The notes: generated from the sequence alone by a model not told the origin. A stretch of DNA of 64,000 nt from Candidatus Woykebacteria bacterium RBG_13_40_15 (GCA_001816655.1 MHCP01000028.1:30309-94308), one strand, 5' to 3'. Positions 8,445 through 18,636 are shown, counted from the first letter of the stretch. Program-made: numbers and translations.

Positions 8445-10021
8445 TTTTCCTTCCAATCAAGAATTGAGTAATTCCCAATCGTCGGAAACAAAGGAGGCGG
8501 CACTACACTTAAATTTTGATCGTAGGTCAAGTTACGGGTTTGGTAACCAGTCCCATCAGTGTAGGCAAACCCGTACCGCTTGTTGGTACCAATCGAACCG
8601 TAAACCGTAACTATGTTTCGCCTGTAATAGGTAGAACTACAGTCTTCGTTGTAATAATTACGGCCGACTCTTCCTTTTTGGGCAAGCAAGGCGGCATGAA
8701 TTTTTAGTTCCTTACTATCATCGTTGTAACCTGGCTGAGTCGGAAGAGTACCTTCACTGTTCAAACCAACCGAAATATCCTTCTGGGCAATCAGACCTAG
8801 CTTGTCGCTGCCGTCAAGATTGGTGTACTCAAGATCACTGTTTATAAAGATTGAACGGTCGGTCGACTCCGGCAAAGTCGCTGCTGCTATTGTAAGCTGA
8901 GCATCGTCAATTTGGCCGTCAATCCATAAATTATCCTCAACAAAGATAAGACCATTATTTGGAAAAAGGACATCGTTACCAATCTTGGTTTGGCTGTTAA
9001 TTGTATTCTTATCTTGCCATTTATACTGATTACCAGTCCAGCAAGATCCGGTTGTACTGTTCACCCTGTAAATGTCGAAACTATGGATCGGAGCTGTCTG
9101 TAAAACGATGTGATAACCACTGGCTCCCGAGGGACCGTAGTAAAGCCCATCTGGTGGTTGGGCTTTTTCTTTAATATCGGCTAAATCCGCTGTTACTTGA
9201 TTGAAATCTACAGGCGGAACTGGAAAACTAGTCCCTCCAAGAAAGACTTGAGAAGGATCCGGACGGTGAGTATGGACCCCCGGCTCATTTGGTCCGCTAT
9301 GATCGGGATCATTATAATTAGCCATAGCACTAGTAACTAAACCGTGGGCTACACCATCAAAACGAACCCCGCCATTGTTATGAACTGGGCCAAAAACTTC
9401 AGTACCCTCTCCAAAGCGGAGATGATTGGTTGTATCATTGGCCACAACAGCATATTGGGCAAACGATGGTACGCCAAGTGTAGCTATAATCGTCCTATTT
9501 TCATTACCGTCTGCAACGTCTCCTCTAGATTCTACTACCACCTTACCACCACCACTTGCCCCACCTCCTCCACAAGGCCCAAAATAATCACCATGGGCCA
9601 AATGAGCCGCCACGGCAGAAGGGGCAACTGTTAGGGTCTCATCGACTGGTGGTGGAACGTGGCAAATAATAACCTTACCCCCCTGGGTAATTTCTGGTGG
9701 TGCAACCCAAAGGGTGTAGGTACCAATCACCTTTCCGGTATTATCCGTATAGTTGTGTACAAAGGGGCCATATGGAGGGGAACCTACGCAAGGGTTGCCA
9801 TCACAATAATCGTCAGGGGAGTGCACAAGATGCCAAAGGTAGTAGTTTATTCCTGCCTCAGCAACATCTAAGGCAGACAGCCTTCTGACTCCCGCGTTTG
9901 AATTTTTTAATCCCAATATGACCAAACTAACGACAACAAAGAGAACTCCAGCAACAATGCTTATTAGTATTATCGACCAAATTAAAGCTAATCCCCGCTC
10001 TTTTATAAAACAAGTTCTCAT
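8441..10021 (-). CDS. PilX-like minor pilin
   Basis: ERGLALIWSIILI...ALDVAEAGI PilX N-terminal signature. Confidence 0.8.
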   Translation of the reverse strand: MRTCFIKERGLALIWSIILISIVAGVLFVVVSLVILGLKNSNAGVRRLSALDVAEAGINYYLWHLVHSPDDYCDGNPCVGSPPYGPFVHNYTDNTGKVIGTYTLWVAPPEITQGGKVIICHVPPPVDETLTVAPSAVAAHLAHGDYFGPCGGGGASGGGKVVVESRGDVADGNENRTIIATLGVPSFAQYAVVANDTTNHLRFGEGTEVFGPVHNNGGVRFDGVAHGLVTSAMANYNDPDHSGPNEPGVHTHRPDPSQVFLGGTSFPVPPVDFNQVTADLADIKEKAQPPDGLYYGPSGASGYHIVLQTAPIHSFDIYRVNSTTGSCWTGNQYKWQDKNTINSQTKIGNDVLFPNNGLIFVEDNLWIDGQIDDAQLTIAAATLPESTDRSIFINSDLEYTNLDGSDKLGLIAQKDISVGLNSEGTLPTQPGYNDDSKELKIHAALLAQKGRVGRNYYNEDCSSTYYRRNIVTVYGSIGTNKRYGFAYTDGTGYQTRNLTYDQNLSVVPPPLFPTIGNYSILDWKEK

Positions 10022-10620
10022 AAATTAGTTTTATTCCATCTAAGCTGCGCACTAGTTTCCACTTTAAATGGGCTTGGATTATCCAGCTGTTTAAAAATAA
10101 ATTTCATCTTTATCAGCGTAACCTCCAAGGGATTTATAGGTGCGGAGAGCGTCTCTCCATCTTGATTATAATACGAAAAGATTCTTTCTGCCCCATTAAT
10201 CACATCAAAGGCTAAAATTTTTGTTGTTTCGGAAGCTGGGTTGTAGGTATATGGCGCTTCAGAACCGGTTGGCGGTATCTCGCCTCTCATCAAACTTGTT
10301 CCGTCTAGGTAAAATCTCACCTGGAATGGAGCAGGATCTGTTGCGACTACATATTCTCTAATTGTTAGGCCCTGGTTTCCTGCTGACACAATTTCAGTTG
10401 CTTGTCTTACCTCTTTTGTAATTCTTTCACAAACTGCTTGAGCTTGATTATTCGCCTTGTAGGATTCCCAACTGCCTTGGCTTCTTTTAAAAACCTGAAC
10501 AATTATAGTTATAACGACGATTAGAATAATTGAAGATATTCCAATCGCGATAAGAAGTTCAAGTAAACTAAAGCCGCGGTTTCCAGTTTTTAATTTTTCC
10601 CACCAATCCGTGATTTTCAT
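10018..10620 (-). CDS. Prepilin-type N-terminal cleavage/methylation protein (PilW-like minor pilin)
   Basis: RG/FSLLELLIAIGI class III signal peptide. Confidence 0.88.
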   Translation of the reverse strand: MKITDWWEKLKTGNRGFSLLELLIAIGISSIILIVVITIIVQVFKRSQGSWESYKANNQAQAVCERITKEVRQATEIVSAGNQGLTIREYVVATDPAPFQVRFYLDGTSLMRGEIPPTGSEAPYTYNPASETTKILAFDVINGAERIFSYYNQDGETLSAPINPLEVTLIKMKFIFKQLDNPSPFKVETSAQLRWNKTNL

Positions 10621-10626
10621 ATTTCT

Positions 10627-12075
10627 TTATGGCCCTGTTATCGTAAATCCAGCTGTTTGGGTGGTAGATTTACCGTCGGGCTTGGTTACTACCAAATCCC
10701 ATGTTCCGGTAGCTACTCCGGTTAAATCAAAATTACAAGAAAGTTTCGTATCCGAATCGCTACTAACTACATCGGTGGCAATAATATCGCTCTGGCCGCT
10801 TTTTACAAGTTTCAGGATGGACCCAACTGGTAAATTGGCCCCAAGCACTTCTACTGAGACAACAAGGTTGTTTAGGCCAGAGTTGGGTGCAACTTGGGAA
10901 ATCTGTGGCCAGGAAGAGTCAGTAGTCACTTTCAAAGTAGCAGCAGTACTACTCCCAGCTGGCACACTCACATTTTGGTATGGGTTGGTGCTGATAATAT
11001 AATAGCCATCTGGCACTGAAAAACTATAGTTGTCCCATTCCAAATCGGCAATTGAAATTACCCCGCCAGAACCGCTACTGAAAGTATCAGAATACTTGGG
11101 AATGTACGGATTTATTTCATCTGGATCCTTGTAAATTGCCTTTTCCTCAGAACCGGCAACTGCCACTTCTAAGTCTGGGACTGGTGCCCCGGATTCATTT
11201 ACGACTGTGATCTGTAGGTTGGCGAGTAAATCAATTTTCAGCGTTTTATCGGCCACCTGCTGAGCCAAAATATTAAAGTCACCATTTGTTGGATTATAAC
11301 CAGGTATGTTATCCGGGTAGGTTTGATCGCTGGAGTATTCAGGCAGACTAACCTCAAGGTGGTAGCTATTATTGGTGTCTTCTGGAAGTAGGGGGATTTG
11401 CAAATCGCCGTTTACATCAGTAATAGTCACGATTTCCCAAGTTGGGCCTAAGTTGACATTAGTAAGAGTCACATTAGCGTTGGGTACCGGATCTCCGTTG
11501 GAATCTATCACCTGTAAAAAGAGGATTCCAGTATCATCGCTCGTCTCAGCAGCATTAGCAGAAATGTTGGTCGAAATTGACGTCAAGACCTTGGCGTTAC
11601 TATTGCCTCTTACCTGGGTAATTGCTGAACAACCGGCGGTAAAAGAAACCGGTTGTCTTACTTCTATTGTGACTTTCTTGTAGTCAAACGCATAAAAATC
11701 CTGAGGCTTACCCGGAATAGTTCCAGAAGCATTACCATCAAAAGGGTCATCTACAAAGTTAATGTAAGTAAGCACCAGGTAGCTATATCCACCCGAATTT
11801 ACCTGCGCCACGTCGAGAAGACCACCATGGGGCAAAACTGTTCCGCACTGAGTAGAAAGTTCATCGTAAGGCATGTTTTTGAGAACTTCCATCTTTTCAT
11901 TGGCAAGGTTTTGGGCGCGCACTATATCTTGGGAAACTAGGGTTACTTTTAAAATCGAAACAATTGTTGAAAGGATTGCGGCGCCAGCAATAGCAATAAC
12001 AGCAGTAGCGATCAAGGTCTCGATTAACGTGAAGCCTTTTTGCGGATTTTTAGAAATAGGCAGACATTCCCCCAC
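10627..12075 (-). CDS. Prepilin-type minor pilin (PilV-like) with carboxypeptidase-regulatory/Ig-like domains
   Basis: KG/FTLIETLIA signal; AQNLANEKMEVLKN; repeated V.D..G.PV.NA.V domains. Confidence 0.85.
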   Translation of the reverse strand: MGECLPISKNPQKGFTLIETLIATAVIAIAGAAILSTIVSILKVTLVSQDIVRAQNLANEKMEVLKNMPYDELSTQCGTVLPHGGLLDVAQVNSGGYSYLVLTYINFVDDPFDGNASGTIPGKPQDFYAFDYKKVTIEVRQPVSFTAGCSAITQVRGNSNAKVLTSISTNISANAAETSDDTGILFLQVIDSNGDPVPNANVTLTNVNLGPTWEIVTITDVNGDLQIPLLPEDTNNSYHLEVSLPEYSSDQTYPDNIPGYNPTNGDFNILAQQVADKTLKIDLLANLQITVVNESGAPVPDLEVAVAGSEEKAIYKDPDEINPYIPKYSDTFSSGSGGVISIADLEWDNYSFSVPDGYYIISTNPYQNVSVPAGSSTAATLKVTTDSSWPQISQVAPNSGLNNLVVSVEVLGANLPVGSILKLVKSGQSDIIATDVVSSDSDTKLSCNFDLTGVATGTWDLVVTKPDGKSTTQTAGFTITGP

Positions 12076-12124
12076 ACATTAATTCTACAAAAAATCCTTT
12101 CACTTTTCCATCCCGAACCTTAAT

Positions 12125-12568
12125 TTACAATATTACTCTACACTTCAATTTATCAATAGATTGAAGTGGTCGACCACCTAAAAGCTTTGCACGGGCCTTC
12201 ATATTTGTTTTCGCACCAAGGAAAGCTTCCAACCAACTCATCTCTCTTTTCTCCTCTTTAAACCTATCGGCAAACCTTCTAATAAACTCCTTAAATTTCG
12301 GGTTCCCTAACTTATACCCTACATCCCTAATTGTCGCTGTACTAACCTTAAGAGCATCGGAAATACTTTTGTAATCCACCCCTACTTCGAGCATAACCGC
12401 AATTGCCAACCTTTTCGCAAGCATTGTTTTTTCCGCACTCGACAAAAATACATTCAAAAACTCTTCGGTAACCGCTTCGTCGTCCAAATTAATAATTACT
12501 CCCCAAAAGGTCTCTAAAATATCTTTATAAACTTTTTCTTTCAGCGGGACTTTAGATACTCTCGTCAT
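12125..12568 (-). CDS. TrpR-like (YerC/YecD) helix-turn-helix regulator
   Basis: LSSAEKTMLAKRLAIAVML...YKSISDALKVSTATI; ATG at 12568. Confidence 0.8.
   Translation of the reverse strand: MTRVSKVPLKEKVYKDILETFWGVIINLDDEAVTEEFLNVFLSSAEKTMLAKRLAIAVMLEVGVDYKSISDALKVSTATIRDVGYKLGNPKFKEFIRRFADRFKEEKREMSWLEAFLGAKTNMKARAKLLGGRPLQSIDKLKCRVIL
12142..12168. repeat. 27-bp near-palindrome, copy 1 (ACTTCAATTTATCAATAGATTGAAGTG)
   Basis: Identical to 12571-12597. Confidence 0.9.
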
Positions 12569-12570
12569 AT

Positions 12571-12597
12571 ACTTCAATTTATCAATAGATTGAAGTG
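12571..12597. repeat. 27-bp near-palindrome, copy 2, overlapping the promoter of the TrpR-like gene
   Basis: Identical to 12142-12168; sits between TTGACT and the ATG. Confidence 0.9.
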
Positions 12598-12693
12598 TAA
12601 GTCAAGAGAAAAATTTGTCGACAGAACTAAAATACAGGGCTTGATAACGAAAATAATTTATCCTATAATGCTTACTGAGAAAGGAGGCTGAAT

Positions 12694-12981
12694 ATGCCAT
12701 CAGACCCAAGGGTCTTAGGAAGGATTATCGACGAACTTGTGCCCCGGATTCCCCAACGTTCGGTCCACGTCTACGAGGAGTCTCGGATATTCGCCAGGCT
12801 CGAGCTGACGGAGGAAGACCTCTCCGACCTTCTATACGAAGTCCAGAACGAGGGTACATGTCCAGAACTCGATCTACCCAACATGTTCAAGGAATTCATC
12901 GCCGAACAACACCCCGAGACCGCCGCGTACGGAATCTTGCGGTTCGTCAAGAGGCGACAGGAGATGCTTGCGGCAGCCTAG
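12694..12981 (+). CDS. Hypothetical protein (GC-rich orphan)
   Basis: TTGATA...TATAAT promoter, AAAGGAGG SD, downstream hairpin at 12999-13029. Confidence 0.7.
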   Translation: MPSDPRVLGRIIDELVPRIPQRSVHVYEESRIFARLELTEEDLSDLLYEVQNEGTCPELDLPNMFKEFIAEQHPETAAYGILRFVKRRQEMLAAA

Positions 12982-13045
12982 ACACGGAGAGAATCAACAA
13001 AGAGGGTACTTGGAAACGAGTGCCCTCTTATCGTAATTAACTTTG

Positions 13046-14512
13046 TCAGCTAACTACCTTTTTAAGCTTTTGGCCTTCGGGGGTATCGACTACCTCGTAA
13101 CCTTTCCCTTTGATTTCGTTTCTTAATTTATCTGATTCTGAAAAATCGCCTTTTTTCCACGCTTCTTCGCGCTGTTCAATAAGCTTTTTTACTTCTTCTG
13201 GTACTTCAGCAGCCTCTTCAGCGACTTTTTCGAGATCGAGCCCAAGAACTTCGTCAAACTTATATAATGTAGCAGCCTTTTCGCCTACAGGCATATTGCT
13301 TCTTACCAAATCCCAAACCAAAGTTAGTGCAGCTGGTGTATCTAAATCATTATTGACAGCATCAACGAATTTCTTTTCGAAATCACTGTTTACACTAGTT
13401 ACTTCTCCGTTTGTAACATAACCAGTTAGTTCCCGATATAAATTATTCAATGCAGTTTCAGCAGCTTTGAGGGAATCCCAGGTAAAATTCAATCTTGAGC
13501 GGTAGTGTGTTGTTAATGTTAAGTATCGAAAAGCTAATGGATTGAAGCTTTTTTTAACCAAGTCGCTTACCGTGTAAACATTTCCCTCTCTCCTCGCCAT
13601 TTTCTTTCCGTCAACCAACAAGAAGCCGGCGTGCAACCAGTAGTTAACTACTTTTTCTCCTGTGGCAGCTTCACTTTGGGCAATTTCATCCTCGTGGTGA
13701 GGAAAAATATTGTCTTCCCCACCGGTGTGAATATCAATCCTTCGACTTTGCTCATGATTAAACTCCCCGTCTTTAAACGCATCAGTCAAATATTTTAATG
13801 ACATTGCGGAGCATTCTATATGCCAGCCGGGGAAGCCTTCGCCCCAAGGACTATCCCATTTCAAACTACGATCGTTTTGGGCTTTTTTCCAAAGAGCAAA
13901 ATCAATAGAATCTTTTTTATCGGTCTCGGTTGCCACCCTAACTGCTCCCAGCAATTTATCCATTTTATCTAGAGTGTTGCCGGATAATTTTCCATAGTCA
14001 GCAAACCTCTTGACGTCGAAGTATATGGTCCCCCTAGTTTCATAGGCAAAACCTTTTTCCAGTAGTTGTTTAGTTAATTCAATCATTTCGCTGATGTGTT
14101 CAGTGGCCTTAGGAAAAACATTGGCTGGAATTATGTTGAGGACTTTTTCATCGTCGAGAAACTTTTTTGTGTATTCAGAAGCTACTTCTTGCGGGGTCTT
14201 TCCCTGTTTTAGCGCCTCATCAATTATTGGATCAATAGCGGCCTCTTCACCTGCCCCACGAGGTCCTGACGTAGCGGGGTCAGTCCGCATATGCCCAACA
14301 TCGGTAATGTTTTTAACGTGATAAACTTTGTAACCGTTGTAAGTTAATACTCTTTTGAGAATATCGGCCGAAAGATATGTCCGCAGGTTTCCAATGTGAA
14401 TATCTCGATAAACCGTCGGCCCACAAGAATAAATTCCAACTTTATCCGAATTAATTGGAACAAACTTTTCCTTCTTTTTTCCAAGTGTATTGGTTAAAAA
14501 AATATCGGCCAC
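13046..14512 (-). CDS. cysS: Cysteine--tRNA ligase
   Basis: YSCGPTVY, HIGN, NITDVGH, DFALWK, GFPGWHIECSAM, FPHHEDEIAQSEA, KMAR (KMSKS variant). Confidence 0.97.
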   Translation of the reverse strand: MADIFLTNTLGKKKEKFVPINSDKVGIYSCGPTVYRDIHIGNLRTYLSADILKRVLTYNGYKVYHVKNITDVGHMRTDPATSGPRGAGEEAAIDPIIDEALKQGKTPQEVASEYTKKFLDDEKVLNIIPANVFPKATEHISEMIELTKQLLEKGFAYETRGTIYFDVKRFADYGKLSGNTLDKMDKLLGAVRVATETDKKDSIDFALWKKAQNDRSLKWDSPWGEGFPGWHIECSAMSLKYLTDAFKDGEFNHEQSRRIDIHTGGEDNIFPHHEDEIAQSEAATGEKVVNYWLHAGFLLVDGKKMARREGNVYTVSDLVKKSFNPLAFRYLTLTTHYRSRLNFTWDSLKAAETALNNLYRELTGYVTNGEVTSVNSDFEKKFVDAVNNDLDTPAALTLVWDLVRSNMPVGEKAATLYKFDEVLGLDLEKVAEEAAEVPEEVKKLIEQREEAWKKGDFSESDKLRNEIKGKGYEVVDTPEGQKLKKVVS

Positions 14513-14635
14513 AAGGTTATTATAACGTGAATTGGTCGATTAGTTAATCTTTATGTTATAATCTTTTCGTCCAAAACCGACGGACAATCAGCTAAGAGAT
14601 CAAACCAGCGAAGCTGGTGGGAAGGACAGAGAAAA

Positions 14636-15271
14636 ATGGCACCCAAAAAGGAAGAGCGAAGCAAAACGATCATACGAAGAATAATCGCTGTCGCCTGTGT
14701 TCTTTTTCTAGTCGCTAGCGGCTTCTTGGGGTTGGCGGTCAGAAATATTCTCACGCCAGCAGGAGCCGCCGCCGAAGAGACCGTCACCAAAGACGATGTT
14801 TGGCTGTCTCAAGGAGCCTCTGTACTACCGGAGTGGGGCGTCGTCTGTGGCATCAGAACACAACCGGTCTCGATGGACGATTTCCACGCAAAGACTTCCG
14901 AAACACCAATCGTGTTCTTAACCGACTTGAAGGATACTACCTGCTGCGGAAGCGATTGGGGAAGTACGCTAAAGATCGTCTATCTCGACATAAACCAGGA
15001 CCCTCCCATCCAAGCAGAGGTGGTCGTCGCCAAAGCAAAGGGCTATCAATACATAGGAAGACGCACTCTCGACAGGGGCACCAGCGGCAAAGACACCGGC
15101 ACTATCACGGTAGAGCTAGCCGCCGACTACAGCTCAGGTGGAAAGAGGGTCGAAGTGATCTTAGGCTTGGTCTTTGGAGGTATATTTGCCCTTGCCGGGA
15201 TAAGAGCTCTGGCCGTCTTGATTATCTACTTGAGGGCTACAGGACCGAAATCGGAAATCGACGTCGGCTGA
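14636..15271 (+). CDS. Hypothetical membrane protein with N- and C-terminal TM segments (GC-rich orphan)
   Basis: Two hydrophobic helices; TG-n-TATAAT promoter at ~14554. Confidence 0.65.
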   Translation: MAPKKEERSKTIIRRIIAVACVLFLVASGFLGLAVRNILTPAGAAAEETVTKDDVWLSQGASVLPEWGVVCGIRTQPVSMDDFHAKTSETPIVFLTDLKDTTCCGSDWGSTLKIVYLDINQDPPIQAEVVVAKAKGYQYIGRRTLDRGTSGKDTGTITVELAADYSSGGKRVEVILGLVFGGIFALAGIRALAVLIIYLRATGPKSEIDVG

Positions 15272-15462
15272 GGGAAGAGATCATTCGGACTCGTGCGGGG
15301 CGTGCGGAACCAGCAACACTGCGCGCCCTGCTTCCCAATCCCCAATTTTCACATTTCATTAAATCAAAACGCTACAAATGTACACACAAATGTAATGTAC
15401 ACACCAGGAGTGTACAATGTTTTAACCGACCTTAGATGATTAGTCGGCGTTAATAAAAAAAC

Positions 15463-15627
15463 CGCTATTACGGCAGCTGGCGTCTTAAAACTTGCAAAAA
15501 TACAAAGAGGAGACGGAAACTGAACGATTAGAGAATTTCCGAGGATGTCCCGAAGTATTTTTGCAAAGTTTTACAGCCAGCGAAGTTTAGCGGAAGTTTT
15601 GGTACCACCTTTCCAAAAAGGTGGTAA
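15463..15627 (+). repeat. Dispersed structured repeat family B, copy 1 (~160 bp)
   Basis: Highly similar to 41758-41915; long hairpin plus terminal TACCACCTTT-CCAA-AAAGGTGGTA hairpin. Confidence 0.9.
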
Positions 15628-15634
15628 AAGTAGT

Positions 15635-16081
15635 TTAGGAAAGCTTTTCTTTGACAACACCACTTACCAGGCCCATATCTGCTTTTCCTTTGAGTTTCGG
15701 AGAAAGAACCCCCATTACCTTCCCCATATCCTGCATAGAAGAGGCACTGGTTTCAGCTACTGCACTATCAACCAATTTTCGTATTTCCTCTTCACCCATT
15801 TGTTCCGGAAGATATCCTTGCAATATTTCCAGTTCCTTGCTTTCTTTATCAGCGAGTTCTTGCCTACCCCCGGCTTTATAACTCTCGATCGACTCTTTTC
15901 TCTGCTTTATTTCTTTTTGGATAACTCCTAAAATTTCCTCATCGCTAGGGTTGTAACTAGCACTTTCCTTAGCAATTGCAAAGTTTTTAATTGCGCCTAG
16001 TAACAAACGTAGGGTTGAAACCTTCAACTCATCTTTTGCTTTCTGCGCCTCTATTAAATTTTTTTGAATCTTCTCTAGCAT
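15635..16081 (-). CDS. GatB/YqeY domain protein
   Basis: KEIKQRKESIESY..GGR.ELA.KE..EL.IL..YLPEQM...DMGKVMG. Confidence 0.93.
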   Translation of the reverse strand: MLEKIQKNLIEAQKAKDELKVSTLRLLLGAIKNFAIAKESASYNPSDEEILGVIQKEIKQRKESIESYKAGGRQELADKESKELEILQGYLPEQMGEEEIRKLVDSAVAETSASSMQDMGKVMGVLSPKLKGKADMGLVSGVVKEKLS

Positions 16082-16129
16082 AAGCCCCCTTTTTATTTTA
16101 ATTTTGAATTTTAACTTTTGCCTTTTTAC

Positions 16130-16726
16130 TTAATACTCCATTCTCCCCTCAATCGCCCGACTAAGAGTCACTTCATCAGCATATTCTAGATCTGCCCCAA
16201 CTGGCAAACCACGAGCGATACGGGTGATTTTTATACCTAGGGGGGAAATTAGTTTTTGCAAATACATTGCCGTACTTTCACCCTCAACACTTGGATTGGT
16301 TGCCAAAATTATTTCTTTTATGGCGCCTTTTTTTAGTCTATTAAGTAGCTCTTTTATCCGAAGATGCTCTGGCCCAATCCCCTGCAGGGGCGCAATACAG
16401 CCGCCAAGAATATGGTAAAGCCCTCTGTAAGCGCGTGATTTTTCAAGGGCTGAAACATCCAATGGTTCCTCTACTATCATTATAGCGGACTTATCACGGC
16501 CTTCAGCACTACAGATTTCGCAAGGATTCACTTCCGTGATATTAAAACAAGTTTCACAAATTGTGGTTTTTTCTTTTAGATCAACTACTGCGCTAGCTAG
16601 TTGCGCGGCATACTCTTTTGGAGCATTCAATAAATGGTAGGTTAGTCGCTCTGCTGTCTTTGGACCAATACCGGGAAGTTTTTCAAATTCGACTATCACT
16701 GCCTCAACTGATTTTGGAATCCGCAT
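16130..16726 (-). CDS. recR: Recombination mediator RecR
   Basis: LPGIGPKTAERL, C4 Zn finger, TOPRIM ILATNPSVEGESTA, GLPVGADLEYAD. Confidence 0.98.
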   Translation of the reverse strand: MRIPKSVEAVIVEFEKLPGIGPKTAERLTYHLLNAPKEYAAQLASAVVDLKEKTTICETCFNITEVNPCEICSAEGRDKSAIMIVEEPLDVSALEKSRAYRGLYHILGGCIAPLQGIGPEHLRIKELLNRLKKGAIKEIILATNPSVEGESTAMYLQKLISPLGIKITRIARGLPVGADLEYADEVTLSRAIEGRMEY

Positions 16727-16745
16727 ATATTAACAATTTGTTGAA

Positions 16746-17027
16746 CTAACCTTTGAGAAGATCCTGCAATCCTTCCATTCCGCCCATCATCCCCTGCATT
16801 TTTTTCGCGGCGACTTTTTGGGCTTCATCGAGAGCTTTATTAACTGCATCTTTCAGATCATTTGGATTGACATCCTGCGGAAAGTCAATTTCTTTTATTT
16901 TTTGTGCCGCATTTATGCGGACTTTCACACCATGCACCTCGACATCGATAATTTCCGACTCGAGTTCCTTCTTCATCGCATCTGCTTTTCTTTTTAGATC
17001 GTACATCTGCTTCAACTTATCAAACAT
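16746..17027 (-). CDS. YbaB/EbfC nucleoid-associated protein
   Basis: Position between dnaX and recR; AVNKAL..AQ motif. Confidence 0.85.
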   Translation of the reverse strand: MFDKLKQMYDLKRKADAMKKELESEIIDVEVHGVKVRINAAQKIKEIDFPQDVNPNDLKDAVNKALDEAQKVAAKKMQGMMGGMEGLQDLLKG

Positions 17028-17052
17028 AGTACCTCCGATTTATTTAATAATT

Positions 17053-18636
17053 TTATTCTAGCTTGCTAAAAATTTCAACCGGATCTGCTTCCGTAGCTAG
17101 TTTCTCTTTTTCTTCTTTCTTAGGTTCGGGTGGTCTCTCTCCCACTACACATTTTACCCGAAGTTTCGCTCCTATTACTTCTTCCAAAACGTCTTCAAAC
17201 ATTTCCTTGTACTTTTTTTCCTCGGCTTTTTCTTTATGGAACCTGTAACCAAACTCCAAAATCAATAAATCTTCGTCGACGTTTTTTACTTTTGCGCTAC
17301 TTAAAAATATCCCAAGTGATGAGCTTTTCTCTTTTGCGGCTTTTAGCATTTTAGACCAATTATCATGGAGTTTTTTTAAGATCTTTCCTTCCGAGGGATT
17401 TGGTTTGCTCGGATTTTCTTTTTCAATCTCTTTAGCCACGGCTTCACGGGCTGGTTCTTTTTCAGTTTCCGCTTTGACAACGGCTGGCTCCTCCTCTTTT
17501 GGTTCTTCAGTAACATTAGCAATATCTTTATCTTCTTCAACAATCGCTTCCCCCATTTTATCTAAAGAGCCTTCAACTATTGCTATTTCGAGGGGCAATT
17601 GGGGAATTGTAGAGTCTCGGAGTTGCTCAATTGATTTATTAAACAGATCTGTTAGTTTTAACAATCTTTCCTTGGGCAGTTTTTTGTTCAGCTCGACCAA
17701 AGCTTCAAGTTCTTCTTTGGCAATAGGTTCTAACACAACCCCAGCCCCTGCTTTCACAAGTATTATTTTTCGCAGTATCTCTAGAACTGATTCAGTTAAA
17801 ATACGCACATTTCCACCTTCTTTGAGATAACTATCAAGCCAAATTAAAGACTCTTTTGCCATGCCTTTTTCCAATAGATCAAGCAAACTTATTGACGAGG
17901 CGGTCTCTTTCTTCCCAAGAATCGACAGCGTTTTTTCTAAATCTGCTTTTGTGTCAACAGAGACAACCTTTTCTAGTAGAACCTCGGCATCCCTGAAAGC
18001 TCCTGCTGCCATTTTTGCAATTTCTTCTAAGGAATCGGCGGAAATTCCCCAAGCTTCTTTTTTCACTATGGATGTTAGCTTTTCTTTTATTTGAGAAACA
18101 TCAGGCATTTTGAAATCAAATTTGGTAACCCTTGAGGCTATAGTTGCCGGTATTTTGTGGGGCTCAGTTGTCGCTAAAATAAAAATCGCGTGGGCGGGTG
18201 GTTCCTCCAATGTTTTCAAAAGGGCGTTAAAGGCCTCTCCAGTCAACATGTGAGCTTCGTCGATAATGTAAACCTTGAATTTTCCACCGGCTGGGGCAAG
18301 CTTTATTTTCTCCCGCAACTCTCTAATTTCATCAATACCCCTGTTTGAAGCAGCGTCAATTTCAATTAAATCAAGGTTGGAACCATCAGTGACAGAAACG
18401 CAAACCTCGCATTTGTTACAGGGCTCGCCAAAAACGTTTCCGGTATATGTAGAACAGTTCACCGCCTTCGCAACAATTCGGGCAACTGATGTTTTTCCAG
18501 TTCCGCGAGAACCAGAAAAAAGATAAGCATGGGAAATTTTTCCGCTTTTTAGTTGGGCTAGTAGTTGATCCCTGATTTGTTCTTGGCCTACAACTTCACT
18601 TAAAGCTTGAGGTCGGTATTTACGGTACAAAACCAT
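17053..18636 (-). CDS. dnaX: DNA polymerase III subunit gamma/tau
   Basis: LYRKYRPQ, GSRGTGKTS, EIDAASNRG, IIDEAHML, FNALLKTLEEPP. Confidence 0.98.
   Translation of the reverse strand: MVLYRKYRPQALSEVVGQEQIRDQLLAQLKSGKISHAYLFSGSRGTGKTSVARIVAKAVNCSTYTGNVFGEPCNKCEVCVSVTDGSNLDLIEIDAASNRGIDEIRELREKIKLAPAGGKFKVYIIDEAHMLTGEAFNALLKTLEEPPAHAIFILATTEPHKIPATIASRVTKFDFKMPDVSQIKEKLTSIVKKEAWGISADSLEEIAKMAAGAFRDAEVLLEKVVSVDTKADLEKTLSILGKKETASSISLLDLLEKGMAKESLIWLDSYLKEGGNVRILTESVLEILRKIILVKAGAGVVLEPIAKEELEALVELNKKLPKERLLKLTDLFNKSIEQLRDSTIPQLPLEIAIVEGSLDKMGEAIVEEDKDIANVTEEPKEEEPAVVKAETEKEPAREAVAKEIEKENPSKPNPSEGKILKKLHDNWSKMLKAAKEKSSSLGIFLSSAKVKNVDEDLLILEFGYRFHKEKAEEKKYKEMFEDVLEEVIGAKLRVKCVVGERPPEPKKEEKEKLATEADPVEIFSKLE

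Noticed and set aside
14800-15435. Alternative 211-aa overlapping ORF, and other antisense ORFs over core genes such as 1719, 17405, 34183 and 51478
   Set aside because: These are shadow frames of well-supported genes, lacking start signals or protein-like features.
15500-15550. Hammerhead ribozyme in repeat family B
   Set aside because: CUGA and GAAA words are present but do not match the CUGANGA...GAAA core order and spacing.
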